A stretch of 64,000 bases of DNA from Dehalococcoidia bacterium (GTDB lineage Bacteria; Chloroflexota; Dehalococcoidia; UBA6926), in assembly GCA_965205915.1 (NCBI GenBank), contig OZ242191.1:1070003-1134002 (forward strand), read 5' to 3'. Each line of letters starts with the position of its first letter. Positions within the stretch are counted from its first letter, which is position 1. Below the pieces are notes generated by a model. That model searched no databases. It was not told the DNA's origin and saw only the letters and a program-made list of their open reading frames with translations. This document shows positions 18,636 through 28,472 of this stretch, in pieces. A program made the position numbers and the translations under genes.

Positions 18636-20123
18636 TCATGGGGAGGACGCGGGATCAGTCACTTCGCAGTATGGCACGCTAGGGTTCCAATTGTAGCTCG
18701 GAAACTTCCGCCAGCTAGCAGGGGCACACCCTGTGAGCTGATTCTTTTCCAAGTAGAGTTCTTTCAAATTGGTCAAGTTACCCAATTCCGGGGGGATCTC
18801 CCCAGTAAGTTGATTATCTTCAAGTTCCAACCATTCAAGTTTGATCAAGTTGCCCAACTCTGCAGGTATTGGACCACTCAACTCGTTTTCGTGTAGGAAT
18901 AAATGGGTCAAGTTGATGAGGTTTCCCAATTCCCCTGGGATTGGACCGTTCAGCGCGTTTAGACCGAGCCATAGCCATCTCAGTTTGGTCAGAGTTCCCA
19001 GTTGCGCCGGTATCTGCCCCGTCAGTTGACCCCCGCCGAGCGACAACATTTCCAAGTTGACCAAGTTACCCAGTGCCGACGGAATCGAACCACTCACCCC
19101 TGTTCCTGAAATCCCGAGACTTTCCAAGTTGGTTAACTTTGCCAGTTCTGGCGGTATCCCACCCGTCAACAGATTTGAGCCGATGGACAGTTCTCTAAGG
19201 TTTGTCAAATTGCCCAGTTCCACAGGAATCTCACCGGTCAATTCGTTGACATAAAGAACCAATACTCTGAGGTTAGTCATGTTGCCCAGTTCCGACGGGA
19301 TTGGACCGGTCAGCTCATTGTGATTTAAGTACAGCGTTGTCAAGTTGGTCAGATCGCCTAATTCAGGTGGAATCTCTCCGCTCAATTCGTTGAAAGCCAG
19401 GGTTAGATATCTCAAGTTCTTGAGGGCACTTAGTTCTTCCGGAATCTTCCCGGACAGTTGGCCTTCAGCTAGATGCAATTCTGTGAGTTTAGTCAAGCGA
19501 CCCAATTCTGCGGGAATTTCTCCAGTTAGTTCGTTCTCACAGTGACCTATTCCAATCAGGCCGTTCAGACTGAGTAAACACGGCCTATCGCGGGGCGGCA
19601 TATCTCCCAGTCGCAACTTGGTTAGTTTCGACAATCCCGCCAGTTCAGGAGGGATCTCGCCCCGGAGCGTGTTTGATAGCAGGTTCAACTCCGTAACATG
19701 CCCCGCGTCGTTGGTGGTAACGCCATACCACTCTCCAAGAGGAGCATTGGTCAGCCAGTTACCTTTGAACCACCAGTTACGCCCATTCGTTTCGGCGTAG
19801 AGAATCTCCAGGATGATTCTCTCATCTATGGGGGTCAGCGTTGGTGTGGGGACGACTGTTGACGTTCCGGTGGGTGGCGGTGGGATTTGTGTGGGTGAGG
19901 GGGTTGCGGTGCGGGTGGGGGGCGGAGGTGTCGCCGTTGGAGAGGGGATTGGAGTTTCAGTCGGCGTTTCAGTGGGCGGAGGCGTGGGGGTTGGCAGTGG
20001 CCTGCCGCAGGCGATGAGGGCAATCGCAAAGGCGAACGCGATGGCAAGGAGCAGCGCCGTTCGTTGCGCGTTTCCACGCACGCTTTGACCCTTGATCGGT
20101 TGGTGTGCCCGAATCATGTCCAT
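18636..20123 (-). CDS. Plant-type LRR surface lipoprotein, array copy 1
   Basis: 495 aa. Lipobox 'LIACG', a Pro/Thr linker, an N-cap 'ERIILEILYAETNGRNW...NWLTNAPLGEWYGVT', about 13 LRRs 'LTGEIPxELGNLTNLxxLxL', and a C-cap 'TGCAPASWRKFPSYNWNPSVPYCEVTD'. Confidence 0.85.
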   Translation of the reverse strand: MDMIRAHQPIKGQSVRGNAQRTALLLAIAFAFAIALIACGRPLPTPTPPPTETPTETPIPSPTATPPPPTRTATPSPTQIPPPPTGTSTVVPTPTLTPIDERIILEILYAETNGRNWWFKGNWLTNAPLGEWYGVTTNDAGHVTELNLLSNTLRGEIPPELAGLSKLTKLRLGDMPPRDRPCLLSLNGLIGIGHCENELTGEIPAELGRLTKLTELHLAEGQLSGKIPEELSALKNLRYLTLAFNELSGEIPPELGDLTNLTTLYLNHNELTGPIPSELGNMTNLRVLVLYVNELTGEIPVELGNLTNLRELSIGSNLLTGGIPPELAKLTNLESLGISGTGVSGSIPSALGNLVNLEMLSLGGGQLTGQIPAQLGTLTKLRWLWLGLNALNGPIPGELGNLINLTHLFLHENELSGPIPAELGNLIKLEWLELEDNQLTGEIPPELGNLTNLKELYLEKNQLTGCAPASWRKFPSYNWNPSVPYCEVTDPASSP

Positions 20124-20214
20124 CTCGCAACGCTACTCAGTGGCGGTGTGGTGGTCAAGGATGGCGGGGGCGGCTTAGGCTGAGCGCCGCTGTCTCATTG
20201 TTGTTCAACGTTGC

Positions 20215-21651
20215 TCAGGGGGCGGGATCAGTCACTTCGCAGTATGGCACGCTAGGATGCCAATTACTAATTGGCGCCCTCCGCCAGCTAGCAGGAGCGC
20301 ACCCTGTGAGCAGATTGTTTCGGAGGTAAAGTTCTTTCAAATTGGTCAAGTTAACCAGTTCCGGGGGAATCTCGCCGCTCAATTGGTTCTTCTTGAGGTC
20401 GAGGTATTCCAAGCTGGTCAATTTGCCCAATTCAGTCGGGATTGGACCACTCAACTCATTCTCCGACAGGTTTAGACGCGTCAGGTTGACTAGGTTTCCC
20501 AATTCCTTTGGAATCTCGCCAGATATTTGGTTGTCTTGTAGCCTAAAGTCGTCGAGTCGGGTCAGAGTTGTCAGTTCCACAGGTATTTGGCCCGTCAGTT
20601 GGTTTTCGGATAGTAGGAGCGACTCCACGTTGGTCAAATTGCCCAGTTCCGATGGTATCTCTCCGGTCAACCGGTTGTAATCCAAATACAACCAGTTCAG
20701 GTTGGTCAGATTGCCTAGTTCCACCGGAATCTCTCCGCTCAACTCGTTGCTTCGGAGAACCAACCCTGTGAGATTGGTCAGGTTGCCCAGTTCCGATGGT
20801 ATCTCTCCGGTCAACTGGTTGTTTGCGAGAATCAACCATTTCAGGTTGGTCAGGTTGCCCAGTTCCGATGGTATCTCTCCGGTCAACTGGTTGTGATCCA
20901 GATACAACCAGTTCACGTTGGTCAAATTGCCCAGTTCCGATGGTATCCCTCCGGTCAACTGGTTGTTTGAGAGATACAACCAGTTCAGGTTGGTCAGGTT
21001 GCCCAGTTCCGATGGTATCTCTCCGGTCAACCGGTTATTTGCGAGAATCAACCATTTCAGGTTGGTCAGGTTGTCCAGTTCCGATGGTATCTCTCCGCTC
21101 AACTGGTTGTTTTCGAGAACCAACACTGTGAGATTGGTCAGGTTGCCCAGTTCCGATGGTATCTCTCCGGTCAACTGGTTGTCATTGAGATACAACTCCG
21201 TGAGATTGGTCAGGTTGCCCAACTCCGCCGGGATCTCGCCGTTCAGTTCATTTTCTGCCAAGAATAAAGTAGTGACGCGCCCCATGTCGTTGGTGGTAAC
21301 GCCATACCACTCTCCCAATGGGGCATCGGTCAACCAATTGTCGTTGCGTGTCCAGTTACCGCCGTCGGTCGACAAATAGAACGCCTCCAGAAAAGGCCTC
21401 TCGTCTATGGGAACCAACGTTGGAGTGGGGACGACTGTTGAGGTGACAGTCGGCGGCGGTGGTATACGTGTGGGCACGGCGGTCACTGTGGGCGGCGGTG
21501 TTGCTGTTGGCGTGGGGGTTGGGAGGGGCCTGCCGCAGGCGATGAGCGCAATCGAAAAGGCGAGCGCGATGACAAGGAGCAGCGCCACTCGTTGCGCGTT
21601 TCGACGCACGCTGTGACCTTTGATCGGTTCGTTTCTTCGAACTACATCCAT
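20215..21651 (-). CDS. Plant-type LRR surface lipoprotein, array copy 2
   Basis: 478 aa with the same architecture. The internal repeats are near-identical at the nucleotide level. Confidence 0.85.
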   Translation of the reverse strand: MDVVRRNEPIKGHSVRRNAQRVALLLVIALAFSIALIACGRPLPTPTPTATPPPTVTAVPTRIPPPPTVTSTVVPTPTLVPIDERPFLEAFYLSTDGGNWTRNDNWLTDAPLGEWYGVTTNDMGRVTTLFLAENELNGEIPAELGNLTNLTELYLNDNQLTGEIPSELGNLTNLTVLVLENNQLSGEIPSELDNLTNLKWLILANNRLTGEIPSELGNLTNLNWLYLSNNQLTGGIPSELGNLTNVNWLYLDHNQLTGEIPSELGNLTNLKWLILANNQLTGEIPSELGNLTNLTGLVLRSNELSGEIPVELGNLTNLNWLYLDYNRLTGEIPSELGNLTNVESLLLSENQLTGQIPVELTTLTRLDDFRLQDNQISGEIPKELGNLVNLTRLNLSENELSGPIPTELGKLTSLEYLDLKKNQLSGEIPPELVNLTNLKELYLRNNLLTGCAPASWRRAPISNWHPSVPYCEVTDPAP

Positions 21652-21660
21652 CCCGCAACG

Positions 21661-21866
21661 CTACTCAGCGGCGGTTTGTTGGTCAAGGATTGCGGGGAGT
21701 TGGCCGGTGCCGTAGAGGTCGGTGCGGCCGTACACGTCCATGTAGTTGATGCCGGATGCGGCGAGTTGGACGATGGCCTCGCCGGGGCCGGGGGCGGGAT
21801 CCTCGACGTCCGTGTAGGTGAGGACATCGGGCCCGCCGTATTGGGTTATTTGGACTGCTTTCATGG
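21661..21866 (-). pseudogene. Duplicated 5' fragment of qor (about the first 68 codons)
   Basis: The translation 'MKAVQITQYGGPDVLTYTDVEDPAPGPGEAIVQLAASGINYMDVYGRTDLYGTGQLPAILDQQ...' and the DNA are nearly identical to 18396..18575. Confidence 0.7.
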
Positions 21867-21967
21867 GGTTGTTGCTCCTTGGGTTGGTTGGTGGCGGGGC
21901 GGCACATTGCGCCGCTCGAAAGGCGGGATACGTCAGGTTGTAAGCATCGCATAATTGGGTGTGCGGG

Positions 21968-23755
21968 TCATGGGGCGTTCTCGCAGAATGGCAGATATAG
22001 CTTTTCGAAATCATTCGCCCTGATATTTCTCAACTCAGAGGGTATACAGCCCACAATTTGGTTTCCGCTAATTTCAAGCCACGTTAAGTTGACCAGGTCT
22101 GCGAGACGCGCTGGTATTTCTCCCGTGAACTCGTTATTGGAGAGGACCAACGATTTCAGACTGGTCAAGTTGCCCACATGTTCCGGTATTTCTCCGCTCA
22201 GCGCATTGCCTCGGAGAAACAGTGCCATGAGATTGGCCAGGTTACCCAATTCAGGTGGCAGCTCTCCGCTCAAGTCGTTGTTGGAAAGGATTAATGTTTC
22301 CAAATTGGTCAGGCGGGCAAGTTCCTTTGGTATAGCACCGCTCAAATCGTTGTGGCTAAAGGACGCCCAGGTCAAGCTGGTCAGGTTTCCTAGTTCTGGT
22401 GGTATCTCTCCGCTAAGGTCGTTCCCGCCAAGGTTCAACGACGTCAGGTTGGACAGCAAACCAAGTTCCGCCGGTATATTTCCATGAATTCGATTTCCCT
22501 CGATGCCGAGGGACTCCAGGTCATTCAGGTTTGCCAGTTGCTTCGGTATCTCTCCTGTCAGTTCGTTGAGTGAGAGACTCAGAAACACTAGATTGGCCAA
22601 CCTGTCAATTTCCGGGGAGATTTCCCCGGTCAATTGGTTCTCCGCGAGTGACAACAATTCGAGATTGGACAAGTTCAAGAGCTCATCGGGTATTTCGCCG
22701 CTCAACTGGTTTATGCTCAGATCCAGAGATCGCAAGTTGGTCATTTTCCCAAGTTCAGGCGGTATCTCACCACTCAATTGATTTGTGCTCAGATTCAATG
22801 ACTGCAAATTGGGCCAGTGCGCAAGTTCAGGCGGAATCTCACCGCTAAATTGATTGGAGCTCAGGTTCAACGATTTCAAGTTGGCCAGTCGAGTGAGTGC
22901 AACCGGTATTTCGCCACCCAATTGATTACTGTACAGCGCCAGTTCCTCTAGCTGCGTCAGCCTAGTCAGTTCCACCGGTATCGATCCTTCCAGGTTGTTA
23001 GCACCTAGCGACAGAATCGTCAAGCCGGTTAGTCTGCCAATGCTCGGCGGAATCTGTCCCTCAAAATCGTTGCCGTCCAAAAGCAGCACTCTCAAACCTG
23101 TCAGTTCGGTAAGTTCCATGGGAATGTCCCCGCTCAGCAGGTTTTGGGACAATATGAGTTCTTGCAGGTTTTCCAGGTTGGTGAATTCCCCTGGAATCTC
23201 ACCACTCAAATGGGTGAACCGGAGATACATATGAGTAAGGTTCGACAGTTGGCCCAATTCCGGTGGGATCTCTCCGCCCAAGTAGTTGTGCGAAAGCAGC
23301 AACTTTCTCAGGTTGGTTAAGCTGCCCATTTCCGGTGGGAGGGAACCAACTAACCAATTGTCACCAATGTCCACTTCTACGACGCGCCCCGTTTCGTCGG
23401 CGGTCACGCCATACCATTCTCCGAGAGGAGCGTCGGTTAGCCAGTTATCATTGCGTTTCCAGTTGTCTCCCTTGGTCGATAAGTAGAGCGCTTCAAGCAC
23501 CGGCCTATCTACAGACATAGGAATTGCCATCTGAGTGGGCGCAGGTATCGGCGTTGGCGTGGGTATCGCGGTCGATGTGGGCGCGGGTGTGGCGGTCATC
23601 GTGGGTGGGGGCGTTATCGTCGGCTCTTCATCGCCATCGCAAGCCGCAGGCAGAGCGAAGAGGCCTAGCGCGATGACAAGGAGCAGCGCCGCTCGTTGCG
23701 CGCTTCCACGCACACTGTGACCTTTGATCGGTTGGTGTGCCCGAACTATGTCCAT
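21968..23755 (-). CDS. Plant-type LRR surface lipoprotein, array copy 3
   Basis: 595 aa. Lipobox 'LPAAC', N-cap 'DRPVLEALYLSTKGDNWKRNDNWLTDAPLGEWYGVT', about 18 LRRs, and a C-cap 'GCIPSELRNIRANDFEKLYLPFC'. Confidence 0.85.
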   Translation of the reverse strand: MDIVRAHQPIKGHSVRGSAQRAALLLVIALGLFALPAACDGDEEPTITPPPTMTATPAPTSTAIPTPTPIPAPTQMAIPMSVDRPVLEALYLSTKGDNWKRNDNWLTDAPLGEWYGVTADETGRVVEVDIGDNWLVGSLPPEMGSLTNLRKLLLSHNYLGGEIPPELGQLSNLTHMYLRFTHLSGEIPGEFTNLENLQELILSQNLLSGDIPMELTELTGLRVLLLDGNDFEGQIPPSIGRLTGLTILSLGANNLEGSIPVELTRLTQLEELALYSNQLGGEIPVALTRLANLKSLNLSSNQFSGEIPPELAHWPNLQSLNLSTNQLSGEIPPELGKMTNLRSLDLSINQLSGEIPDELLNLSNLELLSLAENQLTGEISPEIDRLANLVFLSLSLNELTGEIPKQLANLNDLESLGIEGNRIHGNIPAELGLLSNLTSLNLGGNDLSGEIPPELGNLTSLTWASFSHNDLSGAIPKELARLTNLETLILSNNDLSGELPPELGNLANLMALFLRGNALSGEIPEHVGNLTSLKSLVLSNNEFTGEIPARLADLVNLTWLEISGNQIVGCIPSELRNIRANDFEKLYLPFCENAP

Positions 23756-23841
23756 CCCGCAACGCTACTCAGCGCCAGTACATATGTCAAAGACGGTGGG
23801 TGCAGAAGTATCCCGCTCGGTGGGTGAACTTGTGTCGGTGT

Positions 23842-26106
23842 CTACTCGGGATCGTGGAGGGCGCGGTAGACCTTTTCTGCTGTTATGGGGAGGTGGGTGA
23901 TGCGCGCGCCGGAGGCGGCGGCGACGGCGTTGGCGATGGCGGGCGAGGAGAGGACGATGGGGGTGTCGCCGATGCCGCGCACCTGGTAAGGGCCGTGGCC
24001 GGTTTCCGATTCGAGCACGACGACGTCCATGCGCGCGGCGTCGCGGTGGGTCTGGAGTTTGTATTCGGCGAATGAGGGGTTGGCGATGCTGCCGTCCTGC
24101 TCAACAAGCTCCTCGGACAGCGCGTGGCCGATGCCCTGCACGGAGCCGCCCTCGATCTGGCCGACGAATCCCATGGGGTTGAGGACGCGGCCCGTTTCAT
24201 GGGCAGCCGTGTATCGGAGCAACGTGACTTCGCCGGTCTCGGGATCGACCTCAACCTCGGCGATGTGTGTGCCAAATGAGATGTAGGGGCTGCTATCGCC
24301 CTCGTCGACCGTTACCTGTCCGCCGACGGGCTCCCCTGCCCTTGTGGCGATTTCTTCGATGGCGACGGCGGCGGCGCGGCCTTCGCCGGATACCTGGCCG
24401 TCCTTGAACTCGATGGACTCTTCCGTCCAGCCGTAGAACTCGGCGGCGAGTCGGCGCAGGTTGCGCTTGGCTTCCTGGCTGGCCTCATAGGCGGCGCGGC
24501 TCGATACTCGCGCGCCACGCTGACCGCCGATGCCCCAGTCACGCACACCGGCCTCAGTGGACCAGGTCTCGACAGTGACACGGTCGATGGGCAGGCCGAG
24601 TTCCTCGGCGACGATCTGCGCGAGGATGGTGCCGGTTCCGACGCCGGGATCATAGGTCATGGTGTTGACGATGACACGGCCATCGGGGTGGATGTTGACG
24701 GCGGCGGGGGCGTCAAAGCCGGTATCGGTCTGTCCGTGCAGGGCGATGCCGCGTCCCACGTTGGGCGGCGCAGGCGTGGCATAGTCGGCGGCGTCCGCGG
24801 CGGCGCGCAGGATTTCCTCTGCTCTCATACTCTGGTAGCCGTCCGCGCCGGGGGTGGCGACGGGGCTCCAGCCTCGGTCAGGGTGAGCATCGCCGGAAGA
24901 GTGAACGACGTTTCGCAATCGCAGTTCGTATGGATCGATGCCGAGCTTGTGGGCAAGGTCATCTATGATGGACTCAGATGCGAAGACGGATTGCATCAGG
25001 CCGGGGCCTCGGAAGTAGCCGCACGGGACGGTGTTTGTATAGACCTGGTTGGAGATGATGCGGACGTTGTCGACGCGGTACGGCTCCACCATGGACGTGC
25101 GCAAGAGGCCGCCATAGGCAGGAACGGGGGCATAGGCGGCATAGGCGCCGGTGGCGAAGTAGCCCTCCGCGTCCCATGCGGTGATCGTGCCGTCCTTTTT
25201 CGCGCCGACGCGCACTCGCACGACGGAGGGGTGGCGGGGGTTCATGGCGGTGAACTCTTCCGCGTAGTCCATGACCCACTTGACGGGGTGGCCGGTCTTC
25301 TTGGCGAGCAGGTAGCCAACGACGACGCCGGTTGGATCCATTTTGCCACCGAATGATCCTCCAAGGGGCGCGGGATGGATTATCACATCGTCGCGCGGGA
25401 GGCCCATGACGCGGGCCAAGTGGGGGCGGCGGCCGGTCGGCATCTGGCAGGACATCCATATATGGGCGCGTCCCTCATCGTCGATGTCGACAACGGCAGT
25501 GTGCGGCTCCAGGTAGACCTGATGGACGCGGGGGGTGCGGAACTCTCGCTCCACGACCACCTCGGCGTCACGGAACGCGGCATCGACATCGCCCCATTCG
25601 TGAACCATGCGGCCGTAGTTGTTGCTGAGTTGCTCAAGCTGCTCGACGCCGCGGTACTCGTTGTAGTCGGGGTGGATGAGGATGGCGTCGGGCTTGGAGG
25701 CTTCTTCGGGGTCAAGCAGCGCGGGCAGTTCTTCGTAGGTGACGTCGATGAGGCTGAGGGCTGCTTCGGCGATGTCATTATCGTCGGCGACGACGGCGGC
25801 GACCTTATCACCGATGAATCGGACGCGATCGGCGGAGGCGAGGATCGGTTCGTCCACATAGAGGTTGCCGGCGCGTTGGTCAGGAACATCATCGCCGGTG
25901 AGGACGCCGTGGACGCCGGGCAAGGCGAGGGCGCGAGAGGCATCGATGTTGAGGACGCGCGCGTGGGGGACGGGAGAGCGGAGGTATTTGAGCCGGAGGG
26001 CGTTGGGGGGGGCTATATCAAGGGCGTAGCGGGCGCGGCCAGTGACCTTGTCCGGCCCATCGACGGCGCGGACGGATTTGCCGATCACCTTGTATTCAGT
26101 AGTCAT
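23842..26106 (-). CDS. Xanthine dehydrogenase/aldehyde oxidase-family molybdopterin-binding subunit
   Basis: 754 aa. N-terminal 'KVTGRARYALDI' a/b hammerhead and molybdenum cofactor-binding motifs. No adjacent FAD or Fe-S subunit genes. Confidence 0.8.
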   Translation of the reverse strand: MTTEYKVIGKSVRAVDGPDKVTGRARYALDIAPPNALRLKYLRSPVPHARVLNIDASRALALPGVHGVLTGDDVPDQRAGNLYVDEPILASADRVRFIGDKVAAVVADDNDIAEAALSLIDVTYEELPALLDPEEASKPDAILIHPDYNEYRGVEQLEQLSNNYGRMVHEWGDVDAAFRDAEVVVEREFRTPRVHQVYLEPHTAVVDIDDEGRAHIWMSCQMPTGRRPHLARVMGLPRDDVIIHPAPLGGSFGGKMDPTGVVVGYLLAKKTGHPVKWVMDYAEEFTAMNPRHPSVVRVRVGAKKDGTITAWDAEGYFATGAYAAYAPVPAYGGLLRTSMVEPYRVDNVRIISNQVYTNTVPCGYFRGPGLMQSVFASESIIDDLAHKLGIDPYELRLRNVVHSSGDAHPDRGWSPVATPGADGYQSMRAEEILRAAADAADYATPAPPNVGRGIALHGQTDTGFDAPAAVNIHPDGRVIVNTMTYDPGVGTGTILAQIVAEELGLPIDRVTVETWSTEAGVRDWGIGGQRGARVSSRAAYEASQEAKRNLRRLAAEFYGWTEESIEFKDGQVSGEGRAAAVAIEEIATRAGEPVGGQVTVDEGDSSPYISFGTHIAEVEVDPETGEVTLLRYTAAHETGRVLNPMGFVGQIEGGSVQGIGHALSEELVEQDGSIANPSFAEYKLQTHRDAARMDVVVLESETGHGPYQVRGIGDTPIVLSSPAIANAVAAASGARITHLPITAEKVYRALHDPE

Positions 26107-26183
26107 GCCGTGCCCCCCCTGTAACGCGGCGTGGCGTGGCCGCGAGAGTTTGTCTAGTTTGAGTCTAGCGCACGGGGGCTGAA

Positions 26184-26561
26184 TCAGCCCATGTGAACGT
26201 GCTGGATGACGATATCCAAGCCTGATGCTCGGGAAAGCCGAGCGTCGACAGTCAGCAGGGGGAGGTTCCGAGCACGGGCGGCAGCAACATAAAGGGCGTC
26301 ATAGGCGCTGATGTTTTGGTAGTGCTCCCACGCCAACGGCGCAAGGATGCGATGAGATATGCGTTCAATGGGCCACAAGAGCAAAGCGCTAATGGGCAGC
26401 CGCGCTCTCGCCTCTTCCAGCTTGCCGCCCAGCACTTGTCTCCGCAACACCGACAAAACTTCCGCGTCAATCAATTCAGGCGCAGCCAACGACGCGTTGT
26501 CGATTGTGCCCGCCAAACGGCCTCTGCCGTTGACTTCCTTGGGGAATTCTTGCTGGTTCAT
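26184..26561 (-). pseudogene. N-terminally truncated vapC paralog (PIN domain lacking the first catalytic Asp)
   Basis: The last ~100 aa are nearly identical to the C-terminus of the intact VapC at 28071..28472. The N-terminus is replaced by unrelated sequence. Confidence 0.5.
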
Positions 26562-26659
26562 GGATCTCTTGACATTCGGCGATACGGCCCTGATGATCCC
26601 CTAACTTTACCATCGGCAAGGAGGCCACGACCCGTAGGGGGACGAGAGAGTCTAATTTT

Positions 26660-27787
26660 TCACTCTGAATCGAGATACGGAAGAAGGTCGGCCGGTTCCA
26701 TAGCTCTGCGTTCTACCTCTACCCGTAACTCCAATTCGCACTCTATTGGCTTCGGTAAATTGTCACCGCGAAGCTCCCCTTGCAACACTACAGTGCAAGG
26801 CTCAGTAGATCCAACAAACAGCTCATTGTCCGTCCATGCATAGTCACTCGGGCGGACATTTCCGAAGTCGATTTCAATCTCCCAGCGGTCAGTGAGTTCC
26901 CTGACCTTAATGTCTATGTCATCGGGACTACTTGCGGCCAGCCCATGTATATTGCCGAAGGGTGTTCTTGATGGGGGATTACTATACCAGTCTTTGATGA
27001 TTAGCCCTTCAGTCTTGGTGGCGTGACCGACAAAGCGCACTTGTCGAGCTGGTACATCGCTTGTGTTTTCGAGTCGCAGGCCAACCGAATTGACGAGTGC
27101 CCTCTCGGCAGCGTACAAGATCACTTCCCGCGGATAATTGTTGTTGATTAGGGGGTCTATGCTCAAAAAGGAGCGGCGCTGTTGCGGGAATATGCTATCA
27201 GCGAGTCGCGGTTCAAGGATTTGTGACCGAACGGCGTGGGGCGATGGCAGGACTTCCCTTTTTCTGTTGTCGGCCCACTGGAGCGAGAGATCAGGTGTGA
27301 GTTCGGCGGCAACCTCGGCGCCCATTTTCGCTATCTCATCAGGGTTTGCAACTCTTGTTGAGCTGCCGCCTCTTATGAAGACGTTGTTCGCACCCAATTT
27401 GCCAAACTTTTGCTTTAGGTATGTGGGGCGATGCTGTTGCGGGATTTCAATGACCCCGATAGAGACGCCCTCTATCGGAACCGCGTAGTAGGAGAAATCA
27501 ACATGGCGCTGCGTCTTACCGTTGACGAACTGTTGAAGGTTAGAATCGTCCAAGTGATCCTGAACGCCGACCACCTCACTGCGCCCACCCTTGGCCTCCT
27601 TTACTCCAATAAGGATGTACGCCGTTGTTCGTCGCCATGAATTGGCGAAGGCCAGTATGTCCTTCAGTAGCTCGGCCTTCGCACCGATATCCGCATTAGC
27701 AAAGGGATACTGTTCTGACTTGAAATCTAGGGCCGTCCCCTCAGGTTCATGCAGCAGAGACTCCAGAAACGATAAATCAATAGGCAT
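26660..27787 (-). CDS. AlbA_2/Schlafen-like (PF04326) domain protein with an unknown C-terminal domain; candidate defense gene
   Basis: 375 aa in a low-GC stretch. N-terminal 'EGTALDFKSEQY...ILAFANSWRRTTAYILIGVKEAKGG..VVGV' matches the AlbA_2 signature. Confidence 0.6.
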   Translation of the reverse strand: MPIDLSFLESLLHEPEGTALDFKSEQYPFANADIGAKAELLKDILAFANSWRRTTAYILIGVKEAKGGRSEVVGVQDHLDDSNLQQFVNGKTQRHVDFSYYAVPIEGVSIGVIEIPQQHRPTYLKQKFGKLGANNVFIRGGSSTRVANPDEIAKMGAEVAAELTPDLSLQWADNRKREVLPSPHAVRSQILEPRLADSIFPQQRRSFLSIDPLINNNYPREVILYAAERALVNSVGLRLENTSDVPARQVRFVGHATKTEGLIIKDWYSNPPSRTPFGNIHGLAASSPDDIDIKVRELTDRWEIEIDFGNVRPSDYAWTDNELFVGSTEPCTVVLQGELRGDNLPKPIECELELRVEVERRAMEPADLLPYLDSE

Positions 27788-27804
27788 CTACCTGACCTCC
27801 CCCT

Positions 27805-28074
27805 TTACCGATCCTGTGCTTGAACCTGTTCGGCGACGTCATTACCCGCCGTCAATTCCAATATCGCGGCGATGCGGCGGGCGGTGTTGTAGAAGTGTTG
27901 GACTTCATCGAGGTTGAGGGGGCGGGTTAGGATTTTGTGCTCGCGGTAGGAGAGCCATTTCTTGAGGACTTGATAGCCGCCTAGTTTGTAGTTCCAGACG
28001 ATGTTCCTGCCATGGCTCCTCGGCCATTCCTTTGAGTTCGGCTGTCCCAAGCCACACGGTAATAGCATCATCAT
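27805..28074 (-). pseudogene. C-terminal remnant resembling type IIG RM / BREX PglX-class N6-adenine methyltransferases
   Basis: 'KLGGYQVLKKWLSYREHKILTRPLNLDEVQHFYNTARRIAAILEL' recalls the conserved C-terminal block of Eco57I/PglX-family enzymes. No methyltransferase body is present upstream. Confidence 0.4.
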
Positions 28075-28472
28075 CCCATGTGAACGTGCTGCACGACGAT
28101 GCCGAGGCCGGATGCTCTTGATAGACGGCCATCGGCGGTTATTAGGGGGAGGTCCCGAGCGCGGGCGGCAGCAACGTAAAAGGCGTCATAGGCGCTGATG
28201 TTTTGGTAGTGCTCCCAGGCCAACGGCGCAAGGATTCGATGAGATATGCGTTCAATGGGCCACAAGAGCAGAACGCCAATAATTAGCCGCGCTCTTGCCT
28301 CTTCCAGCCTGCCGCCCAGCACTTCTCCCCGAAGCGTTGACAAAACTTCCGCGTCGATCAACTCGGGCGCAACCAACGACGCGTTGTCGATTATGTCGGC
28401 CACCGTTAAGCCGACGGGCGTTTTCAGGAGATACTCGACCGCCACGGACGCATCAATGACATAGTCGGTCAC
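28071..28472 (-). CDS. vapC: PIN-domain toxin VapC
   Basis: GTG start 'VTDYVIDASVAVEYLL' with the first PIN Asp. The GTG overlaps the antitoxin stop (GTGA). Confidence 0.7.
   Translation of the reverse strand: MTDYVIDASVAVEYLLKTPVGLTVADIIDNASLVAPELIDAEVLSTLRGEVLGGRLEEARARLIIGVLLLWPIERISHRILAPLAWEHYQNISAYDAFYVAAARARDLPLITADGRLSRASGLGIVVQHVHMG

Noticed and set aside
18841-23720. Many plus-strand ORFs across the LRR array, with translations like 'VSLRSTGC...', 'LPSSDGISPVNWL' and 'GISPLNS'
   Set aside because: They are antisense read-throughs of the highly repetitive minus-strand LRR genes. They have periodic, low-complexity translations and no independent gene signals.
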